Under the pieces are notes generated by a model. The model was not told where the DNA came from. It saw only the letters and a program-made list of their open reading frames with translations, and ran no database searches. Below are positions 56,914 to 64,000 of a stretch of DNA of 64,000 bases, piece after piece. Numbering within the stretch: position 1 is the stretch's first letter; every line of letters begins with the position of its first letter. A program made the position numbers and the translations under genes. The DNA is from Lachnospiraceae bacterium (GTDB lineage: Bacteria > Bacillota > Clostridia > Lachnospirales > Lachnospiraceae): NCBI GenBank assembly GCA_015057365.1, contig SVEN01000001.1, forward strand, positions 13,382-77,381, written 5' to 3'.

Positions 56914-57806
56914 AATTTCTCCTTCCGCTGCCGTACCACTTCATACATCATGATAGATGCTGCACAACTCACATTAAATGATGATGCCGTGCTTGACTCT
57001 GCCATGGGTATCGTACAAAGTTCATCACACAATTCTTTATAAGCGTAACTCAATCCCTTCGTTTCGTTCCCAACAAAAAGCAGTAACGGCAATGTCAAAT
57101 CAAGTTCATAGATTGCTTTTTGCTGATGGGCTGTGGCCCCAAACATACGAAATGCCCCGTATTTTGCTTTCATACGATTTATCAGTTCATACAATATCTC
57201 TTGCTCTGCAATCCGAACCACCGGCAACGAGAAAAACGACCCCATAGACGCCGCTACCACCTCCGGGTCATACAAATCCACCCCATGCCCGGTAAGAATC
57301 AAAGTATCCACGCCCAATGCATCACAAGACCGAATCATCGTCCCAAGATTTCCTTTATTGGACGGGCGGTCAAACAATACCAGAAACGGGTTGCTTGACA
57401 GCTTCATCTGCGCAGGCATAATCTCTTTCATTGCCACAATTGCCATCAGTTCGGAGGTATCTTCTTTCCCGCTAAGCTCTCGCATCAGTTCTTCGGAAAA
57501 GCAAAAATTTTCCTTTGTTTTTACTGTAGCAAGCAACTCCTTCGCCCAATCGGACAGCTTGCCTTCTCCGTACAAAAAGGACTTAATCTGCCATCCGTTT
57601 TTCACCGCCTCATTGATGTTCCGAACCCCTTCCACCACAAACTCGCCATAGCGGTTTCTTTTGGTCCGATTGGTTTTTAATACTTGAATATGTTGAAACA
57701 GATTGTTCCTTACCGTAATCCTTGTCATTTTGTGATACCGCCTCTTGCGAATAAAATATAACACAGAAAGCTCGACAGAACCTTCTGTGTCATAATATTG
57801 TATCAC
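56910..57806 (-). CDS. SpoU/TrmH-family RNA 2-prime-O-methyltransferase with N-terminal substrate-binding domain
   Basis: Contains FVVEG...N, LVLFDRPSNKGNLGTMIRSCDALG, GNETKGL and SFNVSCAASIMMYE motifs. GTG start at 57806 is preceded by GGGAGG at 7 nt; an alternative ATG lies at 57728. Confidence 0.85.
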   Translation of the reverse strand: MIQYYDTEGSVELSVLYFIRKRRYHKMTRITVRNNLFQHIQVLKTNRTKRNRYGEFVVEGVRNINEAVKNGWQIKSFLYGEGKLSDWAKELLATVKTKENFCFSEELMRELSGKEDTSELMAIVAMKEIMPAQMKLSSNPFLVLFDRPSNKGNLGTMIRSCDALGVDTLILTGHGVDLYDPEVVAASMGSFFSLPVVRIAEQEILYELINRMKAKYGAFRMFGATAHQQKAIYELDLTLPLLLFVGNETKGLSYAYKELCDELCTIPMAESSTASSFNVSCAASIMMYEVVRQRKEKL

Positions 57807-57833
57807 ACAATGACCTCCCGTTTTATACCGACT

Positions 57834-58574
57834 TTACTTTAAAACAAACTCGGTATACGGTGCATATTTCTTCACAAAATCATCGTAATCACTTCTCTTG
57901 GTGGTCCACATAATGACCGGGAAGTAGGTAACTCCCTCCCGTACCAGTGCCTCAAACAACGGATTGTTACAGTTAATTTCAAACTCACTGTCCGCATACC
58001 CTACAATCACCGGCGGAAGTATCTGATTTGCCCGAATCTTTTCCCTCCATGCATTTACCTTGTCTTCAAACACTACCGGATGCACCTGCCATTTGATACC
58101 TTCTTCCGATCCGCTACTCCGTACAAACATGTTAAGCGGCATAGCAAGCGGTCCTAAATAATAGCGGTCTTCCAAATACAATCCGTCGGAAAACGCTTTG
58201 TTCTTACGTTCAAACAAAAGATACGTATGAATCCATTCCTCTAAAAGACCGTTGTCATTATATTCTTTGGCAGACTGTACTCCCGGTGTAAACTTAAGCT
58301 CATCTCTGCCTTGTTTCTCGTATACAATTTTCTTCACGGTTTCTCTGGACAAAGAGTACTCCTTTGCCAACTCCTCCACCGGCACACCATACAAATACTT
58401 ATTTTGTAACATCCGGTTTCGTTTTTTATAATACTGCTTCTGTCCGGAAACCTCGCCCCATGTTTTTTCCTTTTCTTCGGCCAGGGGTACATATAGGAGG
58501 TTACCGCCGGCATATTTCTGGATTTCTGCGAAAAGCTCCGGGGGTAATACTTCTTTGGCATTTAAATAATTCAT
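57834..58574 (-). CDS. fusion protein: CD3324/Mor-like HTH N-terminus plus degenerate ParB-like domain
   Basis: 246 aa. The N-terminal 90 aa (YAGGNLLYVP...ELAKEYSLSRETVKKIV) are HTH-like. The C-terminal 150 aa align with ORF 56449-56913, but DGRHR is replaced by NCNNP. Confidence 0.65.
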   Translation of the reverse strand: MNYLNAKEVLPPELFAEIQKYAGGNLLYVPLAEEKEKTWGEVSGQKQYYKKRNRMLQNKYLYGVPVEELAKEYSLSRETVKKIVYEKQGRDELKFTPGVQSAKEYNDNGLLEEWIHTYLLFERKNKAFSDGLYLEDRYYLGPLAMPLNMFVRSSGSEEGIKWQVHPVVFEDKVNAWREKIRANQILPPVIVGYADSEFEINCNNPLFEALVREGVTYFPVIMWTTKRSDYDDFVKKYAPYTEFVLK

Positions 58575-58590
58575 TCTATATCACTTCTTT

Positions 58591-59388
58591 CTACAGTAAC
58601 TTCACTAGCCCCAACACCAGCAAATGCGCCGGATAAAACCAGTAATACATATTCTTTATCAGCATGTTATACGGCCCCTGCTTTCCGCGATACAGCCAAA
58701 TCGGTAGCAGTGCCAGCAAAGCAAAGGCTTGGCGCACGATGGTTACCGTATGTCCGAACACATTCGCTTCATAATAAAATCCGCTCAGAATCTCTACATT
58801 GATGTAGTACAGACATACCGCCTGTCCTACAAAATGCCACCACTTCCGTCCCCAGAAGAAATAGAACACCAGAACCGTCAGTACGCCGGCATAATGATAA
58901 TCCACAAAAGTCACCAGACCCAGTACAAATGCCAGACACAGGGTTCCGATACAGGTTACAATCCTAAGCCACAGCTTTCCCCTTTTCTTTGCCAGTTCGT
59001 TGAGCCAAATCAAAAACACCGCAATCAAAAAGGTCCATAACACATTTTGATGTAACGGATAAAACAAACTGCTTCCCATGACCAAATTAAACGGAATTTC
59101 GGAAATAATTGCAAACACAAACAACCGTCCCACATACTTTTTCAGGGACCGGGTATGAAAGTACCCTTCCACAATCATAAAAGCAAACATCGGAAACGCA
59201 ATTCGCCCGATATCGGTCAGCCAGTCATTTCCCGGTACTACCGTGGCCCAAAGATGGTCACACAGCATAAATACCATGGCCAGAATATGTAATGTCATGG
59301 ATGAAATCTCTATTTTTTTCTCGCGCTCCACTTCTTGGTACCTCCGTTTCCTCCGCATACAGCTGATATACCTTCTTGCTTTTAGCAC
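58591..59388 (-). CDS. TraX-family membrane protein
   Basis: LHILAMVFMLCDHL...IGRIAFPMFAFMIVEG is typical of the TraX family. The exact start is uncertain (59388, 59358 or 59298). Confidence 0.8.
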   Translation of the reverse strand: MLKARRYISCMRRKRRYQEVEREKKIEISSMTLHILAMVFMLCDHLWATVVPGNDWLTDIGRIAFPMFAFMIVEGYFHTRSLKKYVGRLFVFAIISEIPFNLVMGSSLFYPLHQNVLWTFLIAVFLIWLNELAKKRGKLWLRIVTCIGTLCLAFVLGLVTFVDYHYAGVLTVLVFYFFWGRKWWHFVGQAVCLYYINVEILSGFYYEANVFGHTVTIVRQAFALLALLPIWLYRGKQGPYNMLIKNMYYWFYPAHLLVLGLVKLL

Positions 59389-60281
59389 AGTTCCTTCATC
59401 GCGACCTTCTTCTTTTTCCGTTCACACACGTTCTGCAAAAGAATTCCTCCGATAATCAAAACCAATGCTAAAAATGCCTGCCACTGAATCTTTTCTTTCA
59501 GGAAAACCGCTGAAATTACCACCGACAAAAACGGAGTCAGATACGCCAGATTTGCTATCTTTGCCGTATCCTTCACGCCCTTTAGCGCCAGTGCCCACAA
59601 AAGATATGCCACCGCATCCGTCACAACGCCCAGCCACAAAATGCCTAACCACTGCATCCCGCGAATCGGCACCCATTCTTCCATAATCGGTCCTACCCCA
59701 AAGGAGCAAACCGCTACCGTAAACCAAATCACCATCATGGTAATGTTCTGGTCCAAATCCGCCTTTTTATTTAACACCGAAAACAAACCGTAGCAGGCGG
59801 CTGCCACAATACAAGCCATCATTCCGAGGGTTGTATTCCCGCTTGCCGCCTCCCCGTTTCCCATGGATAAAATCACGATTCCGAGAAAGGAACACACCAT
59901 GGCAACGCCTTTTAACACCGTCATACGTTCCTTTAAAATCAGACAGGAAAACAGCACAATCATCATGGGCCACAAATAGTTTAGAATACAGGCCTCCTGA
60001 GAGCTTAACTGCCCGATTCCGTAATAATACAATGCCGAATACAAGAACAAACCAAGAAAGCCAAGTCCGGCCATCACACCGTACTCCTTGACCGAATAAC
60101 GTTTCATTTCTTTTACCTTGCCGGTCTTTATATTCAAAAGTAATAGGAACAGAAACGCAAACACTCCGCTAATCGCCAGTGTTTGCAGATTCGGTATATC
60201 CGACAATAATATCTTTACCATCGTAGCCATGGTCGCCCAGATGAGGACGGTAACCAGGGCAAATATATAGTTTTTCTTCAC
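59382..60281 (-). CDS. DMT-superfamily (EamA-type) transporter
   Basis: 299 aa with 10 predicted TM helices in two EamA-like halves. Confidence 0.8.
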   Translation of the reverse strand: MKKNYIFALVTVLIWATMATMVKILLSDIPNLQTLAISGVFAFLFLLLLNIKTGKVKEMKRYSVKEYGVMAGLGFLGLFLYSALYYYGIGQLSSQEACILNYLWPMMIVLFSCLILKERMTVLKGVAMVCSFLGIVILSMGNGEAASGNTTLGMMACIVAAACYGLFSVLNKKADLDQNITMMVIWFTVAVCSFGVGPIMEEWVPIRGMQWLGILWLGVVTDAVAYLLWALALKGVKDTAKIANLAYLTPFLSVVISAVFLKEKIQWQAFLALVLIIGGILLQNVCERKKKKVAMKELC

Positions 60282-60293
60282 ATAAGTTCCTCC

Positions 60294-61181
60294 CTAATAC
60301 CGAATTCCAAAATAATCCAAATACGCCTTAAACTTATCCTGTGCGATCAAACAGGTGTCTCTGAGGCACCCTCTCTCGCGTTTCCATTCCGCCAGTCCGC
60401 GATAATAAAACATTTTCAAATCATCTTCTATAATAAAAGGAACAACATTGTATTTCAAGCACTCTTTAAACATAATAAGTCTGCCTACACGCCCATTTCC
60501 ATCCTGAAAAGGATGAATCTGTTCAAAGGCAACGTGAAATTCCAGGATATCCTCCAGCGCCTTTTCTTCCCTTTCATTGTACGACTTTAACAGTGTTTTC
60601 ATCTGCTCCGCCACTTCGGACGGTAATGTCGTTTCCCTTCCGCCCACTTCGTTGGGACGTTTTTTATAATCCCCTACCGCAAACCAACTAAGCCTTGCAT
60701 CGCTTGTCCCGTTTTTCAGAAGAAAATGTAACTCTTTGATATAATTCTCCGAAAGCATTGCACCTGCACTGCCGATCACTTTATCAATACAGCGAAAATG
60801 ATTTGCTGTTTCTACAATGTCATCTACATTAAGTGCCTCGCCTTCCACACCAATGGTATTGGTTTCGAAGATATACCTGGTCTGGTCATGGGTTAGACGA
60901 CTTCCTTCCATGTGATTGGAATTATAGGTAAGCTCAATCTGTGTCTTATGATAAATACCACCGGAATAACGCATCTTCATCTCTTCTTGCAACATCTGTA
61001 AAAGTGTAGCATCATCCGCTTTCTTATTTACCCGTTCCGGTTTCGTTGCATCATTCGGTATATTCCACGTCTTGCCGGTAAGCACCGCACCTTCCACACG
61101 ACCGTTTGCACAGTAATTCCGCACGCTACGCTCCGATATATTCCATTTTTTTGCCATGTCAGCAACCGAACAATATACCAT
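60294..61181 (-). CDS. Fic-family protein with N-terminal HTH
   Basis: 295 aa with the Fic motif HPFQDGNGRVGRL. The N-terminus SVADMAKKWNISERSVRNYC is an HTH. Confidence 0.9.
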   Translation of the reverse strand: MVYCSVADMAKKWNISERSVRNYCANGRVEGAVLTGKTWNIPNDATKPERVNKKADDATLLQMLQEEMKMRYSGGIYHKTQIELTYNSNHMEGSRLTHDQTRYIFETNTIGVEGEALNVDDIVETANHFRCIDKVIGSAGAMLSENYIKELHFLLKNGTSDARLSWFAVGDYKKRPNEVGGRETTLPSEVAEQMKTLLKSYNEREEKALEDILEFHVAFEQIHPFQDGNGRVGRLIMFKECLKYNVVPFIIEDDLKMFYYRGLAEWKRERGCLRDTCLIAQDKFKAYLDYFGIRY

Positions 61182-61228
61182 ATGACACCTCCTTTAATAG
61201 GTAAAGTTTATTTTTTACCCTAATACAA

Positions 61229-61292
61229 AGTATATCACACTATCGGCAAAATATCCACATGTTTTGCTCTTATTTTATAATTTTTGCCGATA
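61229..61292 (-). promoter_or_regulatory. extended -10 promoter and flanking 11-bp inverted repeat upstream of the Fic gene
   Basis: Minus strand has TGATATACT (-10 at 61234-29). Inverted repeat TATCGGCAAAA (61241-61251) / TTTTGCCGATA (61282-61292) brackets the -35 region. Confidence 0.55.
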
Positions 61293-61318
61293 AAAAAACT
61301 TTAGTAAAACCAGAACAA

Positions 61319-61365
61319 AGAGTTTCGCTTGCGAAACTCTCGCGCCGAGCGCGGTCGCATGCGAC
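61319..61365 (-). terminator. terminator region: three abutting perfect hairpins after the flavin reductase gene
   Basis: On the minus strand, in order: GTCGCATGCGAC, CGCGC-TCG-GCGCG, then AGAGTTTCG-CAAG-CGAAACTCT, followed by TTGTTCTGGTTTT. Confidence 0.6.
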
Positions 61366-61447
61366 ATCTTCCATTCGCGCGAGTGCACAGTCTACACTCC
61401 GTTGCACATGACTGCAATTCTTCTCTATATCTGAGACTTCGCTCAAC

Positions 61448-62086
61448 TTAATTTCCGCGAGCCGCCGCTCCGATTTCTACATCAGCCTTAATTTCCTTTG
61501 CTCTCTCATTCCATTTTCCGAGATGTCGGCCATCCCAAGACCAATAATCACAATCCACACTTGTGCACACGGCTGCCACATTCTTATAGATTTCTTCCGG
61601 AGTTAAGGACGTATCCGTTAGCGCCTCATCCTTAAGAACATTTCGAATACGGCACAGAAGAACAACTTCATCTTGCTTCCCTGTCGTAATTTCTTTTTCC
61701 GCTTCAAGTTCAAAGGTAAGCGGACTGCTACACAGAACAGGAACCGGAAGCACCGCACCGTCTTCCCACTCTACCGTAACATCCATTTTATCGGCATCCC
61801 GCCCGTCTGCCGTTCCGAAATAATCAGCCAAAGGCAAGTTGTTTTCCACCACCAAATTTGCGGAAAAAACTCTATTTCGTCGAATATTTTCCAAAGTTCT
61901 CTTACTTCCTCCGATAGCACAAATCACACCGAGCTGATCAAACCAACAATAACTGAACCAGCAAAACAATCCGAAGTCCGGTGTTTTGTCCTCATTCATC
62001 GTGCCGTAAACAAAAAGCGTCTGCGGACAAATATCATTCGTTGCAGGTACCGATACTTTTTTCATAGTGTTATTCCTCCCTTTCAA
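61448..62086 (-). CDS. flavin-reductase-like (FMN-binding split-barrel) protein
   Basis: 212 aa. The general pattern resembles flavin reductase domain proteins, and pairing with MarR is common. Moderate confidence only. Confidence 0.6.
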   Translation of the reverse strand: MKGRNNTMKKVSVPATNDICPQTLFVYGTMNEDKTPDFGLFCWFSYCWFDQLGVICAIGGSKRTLENIRRNRVFSANLVVENNLPLADYFGTADGRDADKMDVTVEWEDGAVLPVPVLCSSPLTFELEAEKEITTGKQDEVVLLCRIRNVLKDEALTDTSLTPEEIYKNVAAVCTSVDCDYWSWDGRHLGKWNERAKEIKADVEIGAAARGN

Positions 62087-62501
62087 GATTCATTAGTACT
62101 CGTTGTAGATAAACCTCAAATTGCTTAATTTCCTCTTCTGTAAAATCGGTATAATACCTTTCATTCATACGCTCTGAGACCTGCTCATACTCCTGTCGCA
62201 GTGCCCTTGCCTTTTCCGTAAGCGCAATCAACCGACTGCGACGGTCCGCCGGGTCCGGTTTTCTGATGATTAATCCCGCACTCTCCATGCGGTCAAGCAT
62301 GGACGTCAGCGTCGTATTCGCAAGGCTCGTTTTTGCTGACAAACTACTGATACTGATATCTTCATGTTGCCACAGCACATACAAAATCCGCCCCTGGGCT
62401 CCGTTGAACTCATCAATTCCCGATGCTGCCAGCATCCGGTCAAAAATCCGGGTTCCTGCCTGTTTGATTCGGGAAATTAAATATCCGCCTTTTGTTTCCA
62501 C
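62070..62501 (-). CDS. MarR-family transcriptional regulator
   Basis: 143 aa with the wHTH LTSMLDRMESAGLIIRKPDPADRR. GTG start at 62501, 8 nt after AGGAG. Confidence 0.88.
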   Translation of the reverse strand: METKGGYLISRIKQAGTRIFDRMLAASGIDEFNGAQGRILYVLWQHEDISISSLSAKTSLANTTLTSMLDRMESAGLIIRKPDPADRRSRLIALTEKARALRQEYEQVSERMNERYYTDFTEEEIKQFEVYLQRVLMNLEREE

Positions 62502-62515
62502 GTGTCCATCTCCTT

Positions 62516-62554
62516 TCTATATAGGATATTACTATATAGAAATATTTTTGTCAA
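62516..62554 (-). promoter_or_regulatory. promoter with MarR-type palindromic operator
   Basis: Minus strand: TTGACA (62554-49), a 17-nt spacer, then TAATAT (62531-26). The 9-bp inverted repeat TCTATATAG-N7-CTATATAGA (62516-62540) covers the -10. Confidence 0.65.
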
Positions 62555-62607
62555 GTTATATTTTCACTCGCAATAAAAATCCCAATTCTCCACAGGCATT
62601 TCGAATT

Positions 62608-63228
62608 TTACTGAAGCAATATCCGATGCTCTTCCGGAAAAACGGTTTGTGTTATCCAAATTGTTTCCTCCGTAAAGTTCTGCCAGCGTTTTGTTGTCAA
62701 AAGATTTGTTTCCAATCCGAATACTATTTTTACCGACATGGATTCACCGGTGGGAAGCTTCAGAATACCGGTATTGTATAAGTCGGGTGATGCAGTTGCG
62801 GAATTTACAAGAATTGTTTGTCCGTAACTGCAATATGCCCACCAGTCAACGCCCCGCAATATCAACGAGTTTAAATCTACACCATCCGCAGAGGTGCCGT
62901 AGTTGGCAACGGCAGCATCTGCAATCAGGTAATAGGGGCGGTTAATTAGTCCCATTTGGTTTTCAAACGTTCCGTATCTGTTTGCAAAATCCGCACTTGT
63001 GACCAATTCCCAATCGGTAATTCGCAGCATATAGCCATCGATGGTTTGAGTTTCATTTCCGTAATAGGGTATATTTTGTCCATAGGGAGCCTCTTCATTT
63101 AATTTGTAATATGTAATCGGATTTTCCGGATATGAAAAAACATGTCCGTGATTCAACGTAAGATATCTCACAGCCCACGCTATAATCAGAACACCGCAAA
63201 AAACACCGGTCACTAATCGCTTCTTCAT
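62608..63228 (-). CDS. N-terminally anchored extracytoplasmic protein, unknown function (ABC-associated)
   Basis: 206 aa with a single N-terminal TM. Directly abuts the ATPase stop. Confidence 0.55.
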   Translation of the reverse strand: MKKRLVTGVFCGVLIIAWAVRYLTLNHGHVFSYPENPITYYKLNEEAPYGQNIPYYGNETQTIDGYMLRITDWELVTSADFANRYGTFENQMGLINRPYYLIADAAVANYGTSADGVDLNSLILRGVDWWAYCSYGQTILVNSATASPDLYNTGILKLPTGESMSVKIVFGLETNLLTTKRWQNFTEETIWITQTVFPEEHRILLQ

Positions 63229-63885
63229 TCATCTCCCTCCTTCATCCTTCGTTGACGTTATCATGACAGTTCCTTGTTCAATGTTAAATATCTCATCGCA
63301 AAGGTCTTCCAAAATAGCTCTGTCGTGGCAGGTCATGATAACCAGAGTCCCGCGATTACGTTCTTCGCGAATGATTTCTTTCGTACGCTGTACACCATCT
63401 GTGTCAAGTGCATTCGTTGGCTCATCAAGTATTAGTAAATTCGGCTTTTCCATGATTGCGGCTGCAATACCAAGTCTTTGTTTCATACCGAGAGAGTATT
63501 TGCGATATTTCTTTTTTGCAGAATCGGAAAGACCTACCCGTTCCAATACATCTTCAATCATATCAGAGTTGATTTTCCCGGAAATGGATGCTAAAAGTCG
63601 CAAATTTTCATACCCGGAATAATTTCCTAAAAATGCTGGGTTTTCAATTAAAACGCCCATCTTGGGCGGAAAGTCCATATCCTTGCCGAGTTGTTTTCCG
63701 TCGATTGTGACAGTGCCCATGGTCGGACGAATCATTCCGGCAATCAAACGCATCAGCATTGTTTTTCCGCAACCGTTATATCCGCAAAGTCCGTAGATTT
63801 TTCCTGCGTAAAGCGAGAGGTTCACATTGTTTACTACACGGTTTCCGTTTAGCTCTTTTGTAAGATTTTTCAGTATGATTTCCAT
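63229..63885 (-). CDS. ABC transporter ATP-binding protein
   Basis: 218 aa with Walker A GYNGCGKT, signature YSLGMKQR, Walker B LLILDEPTNALD and an H-loop CHD. Confidence 0.9.
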   Translation of the reverse strand: MEIILKNLTKELNGNRVVNNVNLSLYAGKIYGLCGYNGCGKTMLMRLIAGMIRPTMGTVTIDGKQLGKDMDFPPKMGVLIENPAFLGNYSGYENLRLLASISGKINSDMIEDVLERVGLSDSAKKKYRKYSLGMKQRLGIAAAIMEKPNLLILDEPTNALDTDGVQRTKEIIREERNRGTLVIMTCHDRAILEDLCDEIFNIEQGTVMITSTKDEGGR

Positions 63886-64000
63886 TACGGCTCCTCCTCT
63901 TTTCCCGGTAGAATATCTTTATAACGAAATACGATTCCGCCACCAATCATACATACGGTAATGAAGCTAATACATAGAATAATACCTTTTTTCAGCGAAT
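63885..64000 (-). CDS. C-terminal end of a membrane protein (partial; runs off window)
   Basis: Own translation: ...SLKKGIILCISFITVCMIGGGIVFRYKDILPGKEEEP. Its stop overlaps the ATPase start (TAATG). Confidence 0.5.
   Translation of the reverse strand, partial: SLKKGIILCISFITVCMIGGGIVFRYKDILPGKEEEP

Noticed and set aside
61300-61400. 33-aa minus-strand ORF (MEDVACDRARRESFASETLCSGFTKVFLSAKIIK) in the flavin reductase-Fic spacer
   Set aside because: It has no RBS, and its sequence is dictated by the three terminator hairpins.

Overview
This is a 64-kb chromosomal segment from a Firmicutes/Clostridia-type genome; the Lachnospiraceae-like gene content is a judgement from protein sequences, not a search. 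About 85% of the genes are on the minus strand and they are tightly packed.

Core content:
- A his operon (hisZ-hisG-hisD-[HAD remnant]-hisB-hisA-hisF-like) and recU.
- A run of rRNA/tRNA modification genes (RluA-type, RsuA-type, RsmF-type), a small alarmone synthetase and two LCP paralogs.
- pepD, a UPF0210/ACT pair, an FtsA-like ATPase, coaE, polA, metA, ligA, an RluF-like synthase and tRNA-Arg(CCG).
- nfnAB-like oxidoreductase genes, yerC-like, pcrA, plsY and ybaK.

Accessory-looking content:
- Two paralogous GntR(YtrA-type)/ABC/membrane-protein loci that share a homologous promoter-operator.
- A tight 7-gene unit: Fic, DMT, TraX, HTH+degenerate ParB-like, TrmH methyltransferase, ParB-like, and a Zn-ribbon P-loop protein.
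- A MarR/flavin-reductase pair and a further ABC module.

Most interesting unexplained signals:
1. A four-copy tandem array of a 36-nt hairpin core (69-71 nt period) between tRNA-Arg and the RluF-like gene. Its structure is strand-specific through G-U pairs.
2. A 287-bp imperfect palindrome inside the his operon.
3. The ParB-like active/degenerate paralog pair that brackets a TrmH methyltransferase and a Zn-ribbon P-loop NTPase.

No CRISPR-cas, integrase, transposase, reverse transcriptase or rRNA genes were seen. All family assignments come from motif recognition by eye; no database search was possible.
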